Shown here: positions 22,793 through 31,600 of the stretch, one piece after another | Layout: each line of letters begins with the position of its first letter | Numbering within the stretch: position 1 is the stretch's first letter | NCBI GenBank assembly: GCA_963805085.1 | Contig: CAWDTA010000002.1 | Coordinates: forward strand, 1,792,001-1,856,000 | Direction: 5' to 3' | From: an uncultured Veillonellaceae bacterium | GTDB taxonomy: Bacteria; Bacillota; Negativicutes; JARBTT01 | Length of the DNA stretch: 64,000 bases | Notes under the pieces: model-generated | The model's input: only the letters and a program-made list of their open reading frames with translations | Databases searched by the model: none | What the model was told of the DNA's origin: nothing | Translations under genes and position numbers: made by a program

Positions 22793-24349
22793 ATGAGATC
22801 TACATTTGCAGGTATCAATACGATGGAACGTGGTTTAATTAATAGTCAAATGCAATTGGATACGGTAGGACATAATATTACCAATACTGATACGACAGGA
22901 TATTCTAGACAAACGGTAAACTCAGTAGCTACTGCTTCTCAGACGATTTATGGCAGTAGTGGTACTTGCCAAGTGGGTACAGGTGTTGATGCAAAATCGA
23001 TTACTAGGGCGCGTGACGTTTATGCTGACCGGCAATATTGGCAAGAAAACTCGAATACATCGTATCAAAAAGTCCAGCAGACTTCTTATGACTCCATTGA
23101 ATCAATCTTTGATGAAAGTAGTAGTTCAGGTTTATCTACAGTTTTAAGTGATTTTTGGAAGGATTGCAAAAATTTATCAACGAATGCTGGTGATTATAGT
23201 ACGCGTGTTGTTCTTCGTGATGCAGGTAAAGAATTGACGACTAAGATCCAAGATAGCACATCACAATTACAAGATACGATAACCAATAATAATGATTCTA
23301 TTAAGTTAAAGGTGGAAAGTGTCAATCAGTTGACGAGTGCTATTTATGATTTAAACAAGCAAATCGTTAGATCAGAAGCGACCGGTGGAACAGCAAATGA
23401 TATGCGCGATAGTCGAGATGCCTTGGTTGATAAGTTATCTGCATTAGTCAATGTCAGTGTGACAGAAAAAAGCAATGGCAGTTATTCTATTACTTCCAAT
23501 GGAAATACATTAGTTGATGAGGATGGGCATACTAATTTAGCCACGAAGACGACAGCAAATAATGACTATGGGGTGCAGGACCTTACAATTATTGTAGAAA
23601 ACTCGGGCACAACCTACACGGCAACCAGCGGTGAATTAAAAGGACTACAAGATTCTACGACTGAAGCCAAAAGTTATATTGATAACTTAACGACGATGTC
23701 ATCTTATTTACTTACCACCTTTAATACTGCACATAAAGCTGGCTATGGTATTGATTCTAGTGAAACCACAGGGCTTAATTTTTTCTGCGGGTCTAGTGGC
23801 AGTACCACAGATTACAGTTCATTAGCTTATAATTCGACTTCTGGTACATGGCAAATGACTGTAAGCGGCGTGACGACAGACGTAAATCGTACGGATATAT
23901 TAAATAATTACTTAAATGTAAATAGTGACTTTGATGCAACTGGTGGCACGGATTTAATTGCAGCAAAAACAGCAAAAAAATCTACTACGAGTGGCACAAG
24001 TACAGGACAGGATACAGCAAGTGGTGATAATGCGACGATATTAGGAAATTTAATTGGTAGTACTTCTAGCGCGATGCTGGGTAATGTGACATTAACTTCC
24101 TATTATAGCGGGGTGCTTGGTAAACTTGGGGTAGATGCACAAGCAGTAGACCGTAAAGTAACGACTCAAGATGCGATTATGACGCAAGTTACAGATTCTA
24201 GGCAGTCTACGGCTGGGGTTAATTCCAATGAAGAGTTAAGCAATATGATTATGTACCAACAAGGCTATAGTGCATCGTCAAGATGCTTAACGACAATGGA
24301 TGAAATGCTTGATAAGTTAATCAATAGTACTGGACAAGTAGGAAGGTAG
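22793..24349 (+). CDS. flgK: Flagellar hook-associated protein 1
   Basis: MRSTFAG...GHNITN...GYSRQ; C-terminal GVNSNEELSNMIMYQQGY. Confidence 0.95.
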   Translation: MRSTFAGINTMERGLINSQMQLDTVGHNITNTDTTGYSRQTVNSVATASQTIYGSSGTCQVGTGVDAKSITRARDVYADRQYWQENSNTSYQKVQQTSYDSIESIFDESSSSGLSTVLSDFWKDCKNLSTNAGDYSTRVVLRDAGKELTTKIQDSTSQLQDTITNNNDSIKLKVESVNQLTSAIYDLNKQIVRSEATGGTANDMRDSRDALVDKLSALVNVSVTEKSNGSYSITSNGNTLVDEDGHTNLATKTTANNDYGVQDLTIIVENSGTTYTATSGELKGLQDSTTEAKSYIDNLTTMSSYLLTTFNTAHKAGYGIDSSETTGLNFFCGSSGSTTDYSSLAYNSTSGTWQMTVSGVTTDVNRTDILNNYLNVNSDFDATGGTDLIAAKTAKKSTTSGTSTGQDTASGDNATILGNLIGSTSSAMLGNVTLTSYYSGVLGKLGVDAQAVDRKVTTQDAIMTQVTDSRQSTAGVNSNEELSNMIMYQQGYSASSRCLTTMDEMLDKLINSTGQVGR

Positions 24350-24358
24350 GAATAATAA

Positions 24359-25666
24359 ATGCGTGTTAGTAGTGGGATGATGACGAATAATTATTTAGCA
24401 CAATTGAATAGTCAATACAAACGACAATCAGATTTAATGGAACAAAGCGACGGCAGTTCTATTCATCGGCCGTCTGATGATCCGGTGGCATTTGTGAAAA
24501 CGATGACATCAAAATTTAGTTTGGCAGAAAATGAACAATATACTAGCAATTTAAATGATGCAGTATCTTGGATGACAACATCAGATAATGCAATGACGAG
24601 TATGACTGATATTTTAAAATCCATTGTAGAAAAAACAACAGCAGCTGCCAATGGTACCAATACAACAGCCGATACACAAGCGGCTGGTAAAGAAGTGGAT
24701 GCCCTGATTGACCAGTTGGTTTCAGAGGGAAATTCGCAGCTTGGTGATCGATATGTTTTTTCAGGACAAGCAGATAAAACAGCGCCATTTGTAACTGGGA
24801 CGGTAACCGCTAAGGCTGATGTGAAGACACTAGATGATAAACAAACAGATGCCTTTGGAACAAGTCAAATGCTGACACTTACAGATAGCTCGTCAAATAC
24901 TTATTATTTGGATACGACAAACGGTAGTTTATATACCAAAGATTATGTTGATAATGGCTATAAGACTACGCTAGCTAATAACTCGACAGCAACGACAACT
25001 GCTATTAAAGCAGCAGTTGCAGCGAATACTGTTGGAACACTAAGTGGCTTTAATGCCAGTACAATTTTCACTACAACAGCAAATGGCGGTACAGGAACTA
25101 CCTTTAATAGTAAAGGGCAGCTAAATGTAACCAACTCATTTACACAAAATGTAAATGGAGTATCGACTGCTTTAACTTTCTCTACTAGTGATAAAAGTGT
25201 AGTTACGTATGCTGGTGATAATGTAAAAATATCGATGCCAATCCAAAATGGTGTCGCAACACCAAGTAGTGATAGCGTAAACTCAACGGGTGGTGATATC
25301 TTTGGGACTGATCTATTTGGTGCATCTGGTACCGCTCTTATCAATAACTTGTATGAGATCAGTTCACATATGAAAAGTGGTGATACCAATTGGTTGTCAT
25401 CGGATGGAATTACACTTGCAAATGATGCCCATTCTCAAGTTTTAAATGCCCAGACATCACTTGCCTCGCGGTTAGAAGGCTATGATTTGACAAAAACGAC
25501 GATGGAAAATCAAAATACACAGATTCAAACGGATATTACTAATACTAGTGCTGCGGATGTTGCGGAATTGATTGTGAATCTGCAAACAGCGCAAACCTTG
25601 TATAATATGTCACTTCAAGTTGGTTCTAAGATATTACCACAGTCGCTTGCTGATTACCTATCATAA
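24359..25666 (+). CDS. flgL: Flagellar hook-associated protein 3
   Basis: MRVSSGMM, RPSDDP, RYVFSG, KILPQSLADYL. Confidence 0.95.
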   Translation: MRVSSGMMTNNYLAQLNSQYKRQSDLMEQSDGSSIHRPSDDPVAFVKTMTSKFSLAENEQYTSNLNDAVSWMTTSDNAMTSMTDILKSIVEKTTAAANGTNTTADTQAAGKEVDALIDQLVSEGNSQLGDRYVFSGQADKTAPFVTGTVTAKADVKTLDDKQTDAFGTSQMLTLTDSSSNTYYLDTTNGSLYTKDYVDNGYKTTLANNSTATTTAIKAAVAANTVGTLSGFNASTIFTTTANGGTGTTFNSKGQLNVTNSFTQNVNGVSTALTFSTSDKSVVTYAGDNVKISMPIQNGVATPSSDSVNSTGGDIFGTDLFGASGTALINNLYEISSHMKSGDTNWLSSDGITLANDAHSQVLNAQTSLASRLEGYDLTKTTMENQNTQIQTDITNTSAADVAELIVNLQTAQTLYNMSLQVGSKILPQSLADYLS

Positions 25667-25685
25667 GTCAAAGGATTTGATTTAA

Positions 25686-26249
25686 ATGGAATTTCTTAAT
25701 ATTAGGACACAACAGCCACGCATTGATTTAAATATTCAAAGAGGAAAGCTGGATATGAGAACGCCACCGGTTAAGCTTGATATCGACAATGGTTCAGCTA
25801 CCGTGGATATACATACCACGCATGCTACTTTAGAAATTGATTCATATCCTTCTCGTGCTTCCTATGGACTATTATCAACAGCAGATCAAGTCATGCAGAG
25901 TAGTCAGGAGGCTAAGCAAGACGCCACTGAAGGAATTGCAAGAAGAGCGCAGGAAGGTACAGCATTTTTAGAAACGCCTAGTCCTAAAAATGTTATTGCA
26001 AATCGAGAAAAATCGAAACTTTCTGAGATGCCAACCATGCAAGTAAAATTGTGTCAAGTGGCGCCACCGACAATTAACTATACGCCAAGTGAGGTTGAAT
26101 TTACACCGAAGATTAGACCAGCATCATCAAAAGTCGATGCTCCACCGGTGGAAATCAACTATACACGACCTCAAGTAAATACTTATGTGAAACAAAAGTC
26201 AGATGTGAGAATGTGGGTAAGTAAGGATAAATACGATATATATGCCTGA
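25686..26249 (+). CDS. yviE: YviE/DUF6470 family protein
   Basis: LEIDSYPSRASYG...EGIARRAQEG; position between flgL and fliW. Confidence 0.75.
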   Translation: MEFLNIRTQQPRIDLNIQRGKLDMRTPPVKLDIDNGSATVDIHTTHATLEIDSYPSRASYGLLSTADQVMQSSQEAKQDATEGIARRAQEGTAFLETPSPKNVIANREKSKLSEMPTMQVKLCQVAPPTINYTPSEVEFTPKIRPASSKVDAPPVEINYTRPQVNTYVKQKSDVRMWVSKDKYDIYA

Positions 26250-26263
26250 AAGGTGGTTAAATT

Positions 26264-26716
26264 TTGCAAGTTCAAACAACAAGATTTGGTACAATTGAAA
26301 TAGATGAAACCGATATTATAACATTTGGTGATGGTTTGCCTGGATTTCCCGAGGAGTGTCAATTTGTTATTTTGCCGTATGATGACGAAAGCCCATTTGT
26401 TTTATTGCAATCAACAACAGAAGATTATTTAGCATTTCTAATGACGGATCCGTTTTTGTTTTTTAAGGATTATCAATTTGAAATTGATCAAGACAATATG
26501 AATAGTTTAGAAGTTAAAGAAGAAAAAGATATCGCAGTGTACACGATGGTTACGGTGCCAATAGGCAAAGTGAGAGAAATGACTACTAACTTAGTTGCAC
26601 CAGTAGTTATCAATATCAATAGCAAAGCAGGTAAACAGATCGTTTTGGAAAAAAGTAAGTATACGACAAAACATCGTTTGTTTACGGACGCAGTTGCTAG
26701 TGAAGGGGGCAAATAA
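26264..26716 (+). CDS. fliW: Flagellar assembly factor FliW
   Basis: TTRFG, GLPGF, DPFLFF, TTNLVAPVVIN, QIVL. Confidence 0.97.
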   Translation: MQVQTTRFGTIEIDETDIITFGDGLPGFPEECQFVILPYDDESPFVLLQSTTEDYLAFLMTDPFLFFKDYQFEIDQDNMNSLEVKEEKDIAVYTMVTVPIGKVREMTTNLVAPVVININSKAGKQIVLEKSKYTTKHRLFTDAVASEGGK

Positions 26717-26719
26717 TCA

Positions 26720-26944
26720 ATGTTAGCCCTTACTCGTAAACCAGGTCAGCAAATTATGATTGGTGAGGATATCGTGATTAATTTTGTTGATGTTCAAGGC
26801 GACAGTGTTCGTGTGGCAATTGATGCTCCAAAGCATATTAAAATTTTTCGCGGTGAGCTATATGCGGCAATTATTGCTGAAAATAAACGTGCAATGGAAA
26901 GTTCCACAGAAAAGATCGAATTACCACATATAAATAAAAAATAA
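26720..26944 (+). CDS. csrA: Carbon storage regulator CsrA
   Basis: MLALTRKPGQQIMIG...IDAPK.IKIFRGELY. Confidence 0.97.
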   Translation: MLALTRKPGQQIMIGEDIVINFVDVQGDSVRVAIDAPKHIKIFRGELYAAIIAENKRAMESSTEKIELPHINKK

Positions 26945-26960
26945 ATTTTATTTACGATCT
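26935..26960 (+). promoter_or_regulatory. Possible sigma-28 promoter of flaG-fliDST
   Basis: TAAA-N14-TACGATCT, same TACGAT core as the fliC promoter. Confidence 0.45.
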
Positions 26961-27065
26961 TTATCATTGATGACAATTAAAAAGTTTTTTTGATCAAATT
27001 TTATAATTGGGTGTGCTTGTCATCAAATCAAAGGATTGAATAAATATTCTATGGAGGGATGTCTT

Positions 27066-27449
27066 GTGATCAGCGGTACAAGTGGTGTAGGAAGTGATCT
27101 GACTACAGCCGTACAACCAGTTAGATCTACAACTGTGGATGAAAACAAGTTAACATCTAATGATAGTTCCACAAGCGATGTTAGCTTAGGCAAGCAAGGT
27201 CAAATTGATGGCAAAGAATTATCAGAAGATGATGTCAGTAAAATGAGTGATGCTTTAAACAAATTTATGGAACAGTCAAAAGACTGTAATATCAGGTTCG
27301 ATTATTGTAAGGAATTGGATCGTATGACAATGCAAGTTGTTGACAAAAAGACAAATGAAGTAATAAAGGAATTCCCCCCAAAGAAGATGCTAGATGTGTT
27401 GATTGGCATTCGTGAGTGGGTTGGTGTGTTGCTTGATAAAAAAGTGTGA
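27066..27449 (+). CDS. flaG: Flagellar protein FlaG
   Basis: GTG start after GGAGG; VVDKKTNEVIKEFPP...GVLLDKKV. Confidence 0.92.
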   Translation: MISGTSGVGSDLTTAVQPVRSTTVDENKLTSNDSSTSDVSLGKQGQIDGKELSEDDVSKMSDALNKFMEQSKDCNIRFDYCKELDRMTMQVVDKKTNEVIKEFPPKKMLDVLIGIREWVGVLLDKKV

Positions 27450-27480
27450 GAAATTCAAATGGAATTAGGAGTGGTGAAAA

Positions 27481-29142
27481 ATGGCAGCATCAAAAGGTGT
27501 ATCACTAGGTACTTCAGGCTTAGATATTGATACTTTGGTAACAAATTCGGTAGCCAAATATCAAACAAATTATGATAAGAAATATAAGTCTAAAGTGTCG
27601 GCCCAATGGACAAAATCTGCTTATTCAGATATTTACAGTGCGGTAAAAGATTTTCGTACCGGAACAGCATCCGATTATAAACTATCATCAAATACAGTTG
27701 CGCGTACTGCGACTAGTACGTTAACAGCGATTACTGCCACTGCAAATGCTGACGCAACTACGATGACGCATGATGTGACGGTATCGCAACTCGCATCAAG
27801 TGCGATGTTACAAACAGCATCGGGATCAAAAGTAAGTAAAAGCATAACTAGCGGTACAACGACTACTACTAGTATTAAGCTAGCCGATGTTGCAGGAATA
27901 GACACCTCGACGGGAGCTGATACCGATACGGCGCTATCTTTCACAATCGGTGATGGTAGTTCGACAAAAACTATATCGTATACTTATCTTCAATTGAAGG
28001 GTGGAACTGATGCAAATGGTAAGACCGTCGCAGCTAAAACTTTAAATGATTTTGCTTCTGATATCAAGGCAGCTGGACTTAATGTTGGGGCAAGCTACGA
28101 CTCAGTCAACGATTCATTTAGCTTATATAACTCTAAAAGTGGGTCTGCTAACACAATTAAAATTACTTTAGATCAGGATACTTCAGGAACTACAACCACG
28201 GCAGGAACGAATGCCCAAAGTTTATTTACTGCATTCAATTTGTCGTCTTATGATAGTTCAACGAAGGCGACGACAGCATTAAGTGGGTCGACGACATTGT
28301 CATTATATGACGGAACAATTAAAGGAACAGATGCAACCTTTACAGTCGATGGGAAGAGTTATACAAAAGATTCCAATATAAATACAATTAATGGTGTTAC
28401 TTATACTTTCAATGATATAACTAGTACAACAGGGAAAGTAACGATTGGTACAGATACTACTGCATTGATAGCAAAAGTACAAAAATTTGTTGATAGCTAT
28501 AATGCACTGCTTAGTAAATTAAATACAAAACTTTATGAAACAAAAGATAGTGATTATGGACCATTAACGGATACTGAAAAAAAAGAAATGTCAGATACGC
28601 AAGTAACAGACTGGGAAACGAAAGCAAAGACTGGTTTGTTAAGCAAGAATACGATCCTTTCTAACACTGTAAATGAAATGCGTAGTGCAATTTCTGATAA
28701 GGTTGATAGTGTGTCGGGCAAGTATGATACACTGTCATCAATTGGGATCACGACAACAGATTATCTTGAGCATGGTACATTACATCTTGATACAGATAAA
28801 TTAACAAAAGCTATTGCCGATGATCCGAATTGTGTATACAATTTATTTGCTAGCAAGGGAGCTACTGATGAAACTAGTGGGGTAGCCTATCGTTTGTCTG
28901 CTGTTACTTCAGATAGCTTGACGAAAATTACCAATGAAGCTGGTATTTCTAGTACAACCGATGACCAAAGTGCATTAGGTGTGAAAATAACAAAAATGAC
29001 GAGTGATTTAAAATCGCTGCAAGCGATTTTAAGTGCGAAAGAAACCTATTACTACAATAAGTATAATAAAATGGAAGAAGCAATGTCCAAGAATACATCA
29101 ACGACGAGTACTTTAAGTAGCTATCTTGGCCAGAGCAGTTGA
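27481..29142 (+). CDS. fliD: Flagellar filament cap FliD
   Basis: SGLDIDTLV, VSQLA, KFVDSYN, YGPLTD...WETKAKTGLL, LSSIGITT. Confidence 0.95.
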   Translation: MAASKGVSLGTSGLDIDTLVTNSVAKYQTNYDKKYKSKVSAQWTKSAYSDIYSAVKDFRTGTASDYKLSSNTVARTATSTLTAITATANADATTMTHDVTVSQLASSAMLQTASGSKVSKSITSGTTTTTSIKLADVAGIDTSTGADTDTALSFTIGDGSSTKTISYTYLQLKGGTDANGKTVAAKTLNDFASDIKAAGLNVGASYDSVNDSFSLYNSKSGSANTIKITLDQDTSGTTTTAGTNAQSLFTAFNLSSYDSSTKATTALSGSTTLSLYDGTIKGTDATFTVDGKSYTKDSNINTINGVTYTFNDITSTTGKVTIGTDTTALIAKVQKFVDSYNALLSKLNTKLYETKDSDYGPLTDTEKKEMSDTQVTDWETKAKTGLLSKNTILSNTVNEMRSAISDKVDSVSGKYDTLSSIGITTTDYLEHGTLHLDTDKLTKAIADDPNCVYNLFASKGATDETSGVAYRLSAVTSDSLTKITNEAGISSTTDDQSALGVKITKMTSDLKSLQAILSAKETYYYNKYNKMEEAMSKNTSTTSTLSSYLGQSS

Positions 29143-29181
29143 TGGTATTGCAAAATTGTTTTGACATAAGGGGATATCAAT

Positions 29182-29610
29182 ATGTATAAAAATACTGCAC
29201 AGAGTGCTGAGGTTTATCGTACGCAACAAATTATGACAGCATCTCCAGCAGAACTGACGCTGATGCTTTATAATGGAGCCATTAAATTTACGAATGAAGC
29301 CATGAAAGCACTAGAAGAAAAGAATTATGAGGAAAAAAATACTCTTTGCATTAAGGCGCAAAATATTATATCAGAATTTCAAGTTACGTTAAAAATGGAT
29401 TATGATTTTTGTGCGACTTGGATGGCACTTTATGACTATATTAAAAAATGTCTATTTGAAGGCAATGTAAATAATGATATGTCGAAGCTAAAAGAAGCGA
29501 AAGAATTAATCACAGAATTTCGTAATACTTGGCATGAAGTGATGAAAATAAATAAAGCCAATAAAGCGGAAGCTGCCATTAAAGCTGGTACAGCAGGGAT
29601 AGCAAGATGA
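29182..29610 (+). CDS. fliS: Flagellin chaperone FliS
   Basis: IMTASPAELTLMLYNGAIKF, KAQNII.E, LYDY. Confidence 0.97.
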   Translation: MYKNTAQSAEVYRTQQIMTASPAELTLMLYNGAIKFTNEAMKALEEKNYEEKNTLCIKAQNIISEFQVTLKMDYDFCATWMALYDYIKKCLFEGNVNNDMSKLKEAKELITEFRNTWHEVMKINKANKAEAAIKAGTAGIAR

Positions 29611-29954
29611 TGGAACAGTTACCAACATACAATGCAAAAGAACTTTGGCAAAAGTTTGCTATGTTAACCGATGAAATGAAAAAATTTATCGAAAAAAATG
29701 ATATTGATCAATTTTTAGAGCTAAATGATCAGCGTGATCAATTCGAAAACATGATTAAAAATCAAACGGACACGTCCTTTATTCAATCCGAGGAAGGTCA
29801 AGTTTTGCTTAAACGACTCATAGCCGTGCAAAAAGAAATCTATGTTGCAGGACAGATGTGGTTAAATGATTCACGAATGAATCGTAATGTTAGCCGTTCT
29901 TATGAATCTTTAGGTTTTAATATAAGTGGAATGCAGGTTGATGGAAGATTATAA
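29607..29954 (+). CDS. fliT: FliT-like flagellar chaperone
   Basis: Small helical protein overlapping the fliS stop; mainly a positional call. Confidence 0.6.
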   Translation: MMEQLPTYNAKELWQKFAMLTDEMKKFIEKNDIDQFLELNDQRDQFENMIKNQTDTSFIQSEEGQVLLKRLIAVQKEIYVAGQMWLNDSRMNRNVSRSYESLGFNISGMQVDGRL

Positions 29955-29983
29955 AAATTATTTTATAATTTTTCAAAAAGTAC

Positions 29984-30010
29984 TTAAGTATTACAAAATT
30001 TTTACGATAT
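29984..30010 (+). promoter_or_regulatory. Sigma-28 promoter of flagellin
   Basis: TTAA-N15-TACGATAT (B. subtilis hag: TTAA-N15-TCCGATAT), AT-rich upstream region. Confidence 0.8.
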
Positions 30011-30078
30011 AATAAATGAAGTAGTTAAAAAAAGTAATCAGTTACCGAGCGATCGGCGGTGACGATACTTATAATTTT

Positions 30079-30130
30079 CTGGGCAGGGATGCTCAGCAAA
30101 TAAAAAAATAAAAGCAAAATCAGGGAGGAA
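30079..30130 (+). promoter_or_regulatory. CsrA binding sites in the flagellin leader
   Basis: Hairpin CTGGGCA-GGGA-TGCTCAG with GGA in the loop; second GGA in SD CAGGGAGG; fliW-csrA nearby. Confidence 0.75.
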
Positions 30131-30137
30131 TATTATT

Positions 30138-31451
30138 ATGTCATCAGGTTTAGTAGTAAAAAACAATTTATCCGCGTTAAACACATTAAATACCATGAAC
30201 AAAAACACGTCTGCTTTGAACAAAAGTATGTCGAAAGTATCTTCAGGTTTAAAAATTAGAAATGCAGCAGATGATTCTTCAGGATATCAAATTTCTGAAA
30301 GAATGAAAGTGCAAATTCGTTCTCTTGACCAAGCAAATCAAAATACACAAAATGGTTCATCGTTATTAAGTACAGCTGCCGGTGGTGTTGATTCCACAGT
30401 AGAAATCTTAAAAACACTAAAAGAAAAAGTAATCAGTGCAGCAAATGGTACAAACACTGATAGTGATTTATCAGCAATCCAAGATGAAATGGATCAATCA
30501 ATTGATCAAATTAACGACAATTCTAATGTAACATTTAATAATCAATATTTAAGCAATGGTTCTAGAAGTGGAAAAGGCGTTGCGACGAAATCTGCTTATG
30601 TAAATAGTTCGTTAAATACAGGGACTGATTCCAGTACTGCTTTGACGTCATTGACAGATCGTAATGGTGGAACTTTGGGTATCGTTTCTACAGATACTGT
30701 AACTGTTTCTTATGTTTCTAATGGTACAACAACTACGACTAGTTTCCAAGTTGGTACTACTAGTACTCTTGACGATGTACTTACTAAAATTACAGGTTCA
30801 AGTTCTACATATAGCAGTACAATTGGTACAGATTCTGGTTCTAATACTATTAATACAGCAGATAAATCAAATGTATTAACACTTTCATCTACTGCTGCAG
30901 GTGTATCTTCATCCATTTCTGGCTTTACTATTGGGGTAACAGATAGCTCAGGAAATGAGAAAAAACTTGTTGATACAAAATTAGATGCGTTTAGTGAAAA
31001 AATTACTGCACAAAACACAGTAAGTGAAGATACCGCATTAAGCTTACAAGTTGGTACAAAATCTAATCAAACAATTAAAGTATCTTTATCTGATATGGGT
31101 GCAAAAGCATTAGGCTTACAAGGTCAGGATTCAGCAACAGGTGATGTTAATCTTGATGTATCAACAAAAGATAATGCCAATGCAGCAATCAACACAATTG
31201 ATGCAGCATTGCAAAGAGCTTTATCCGAACAAACAAAAATCGGTGCAGCTCAAAGTCGCTTAGACTATACTTCAACTAACTTGACAACTTCAAGTGAAAA
31301 TGTAACAGATGCTCAGTCCACAATTGCTGATGCTGATATGGCAAAAGAAATGACTGAATACAGCAAAAACAGCGTGTTACAACAGGCTGCTCAATCAATG
31401 CTTGCACAAGCTAACCAATCAGGTTCTGGCGTGTTAAGCTTATTAAAATAA
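30138..31451 (+). CDS. fliC: Flagellin (Selenomonas-type)
   Basis: KVSSGLKI..AADD, LQVG, DADMAKEM...SMLAQANQ...VLSLL. Confidence 0.98.
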   Translation: MSSGLVVKNNLSALNTLNTMNKNTSALNKSMSKVSSGLKIRNAADDSSGYQISERMKVQIRSLDQANQNTQNGSSLLSTAAGGVDSTVEILKTLKEKVISAANGTNTDSDLSAIQDEMDQSIDQINDNSNVTFNNQYLSNGSRSGKGVATKSAYVNSSLNTGTDSSTALTSLTDRNGGTLGIVSTDTVTVSYVSNGTTTTTSFQVGTTSTLDDVLTKITGSSSTYSSTIGTDSGSNTINTADKSNVLTLSSTAAGVSSSISGFTIGVTDSSGNEKKLVDTKLDAFSEKITAQNTVSEDTALSLQVGTKSNQTIKVSLSDMGAKALGLQGQDSATGDVNLDVSTKDNANAAINTIDAALQRALSEQTKIGAAQSRLDYTSTNLTTSSENVTDAQSTIADADMAKEMTEYSKNSVLQQAAQSMLAQANQSGSGVLSLLK

Positions 31452-31479
31452 TTTGTTGTAAACAAGATACGTGGTATTT

Positions 31480-31514
31480 GAAAAAAGAGGATGGCATAAA
31501 CCATCCTCTTTTTC
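31480..31514 (+). terminator. fliC terminator
   Basis: AAAAAGAGGATGG/CCATCCTCTTTTT. Confidence 0.9.
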
Positions 31515-31600
31515 ATTAAAATAATTAGTGATTGAAAGTAGATTATGGTGGTATTGTCTATTTTCAATTACTAATTATTATAACGTGAGGTAAAAGAAAA

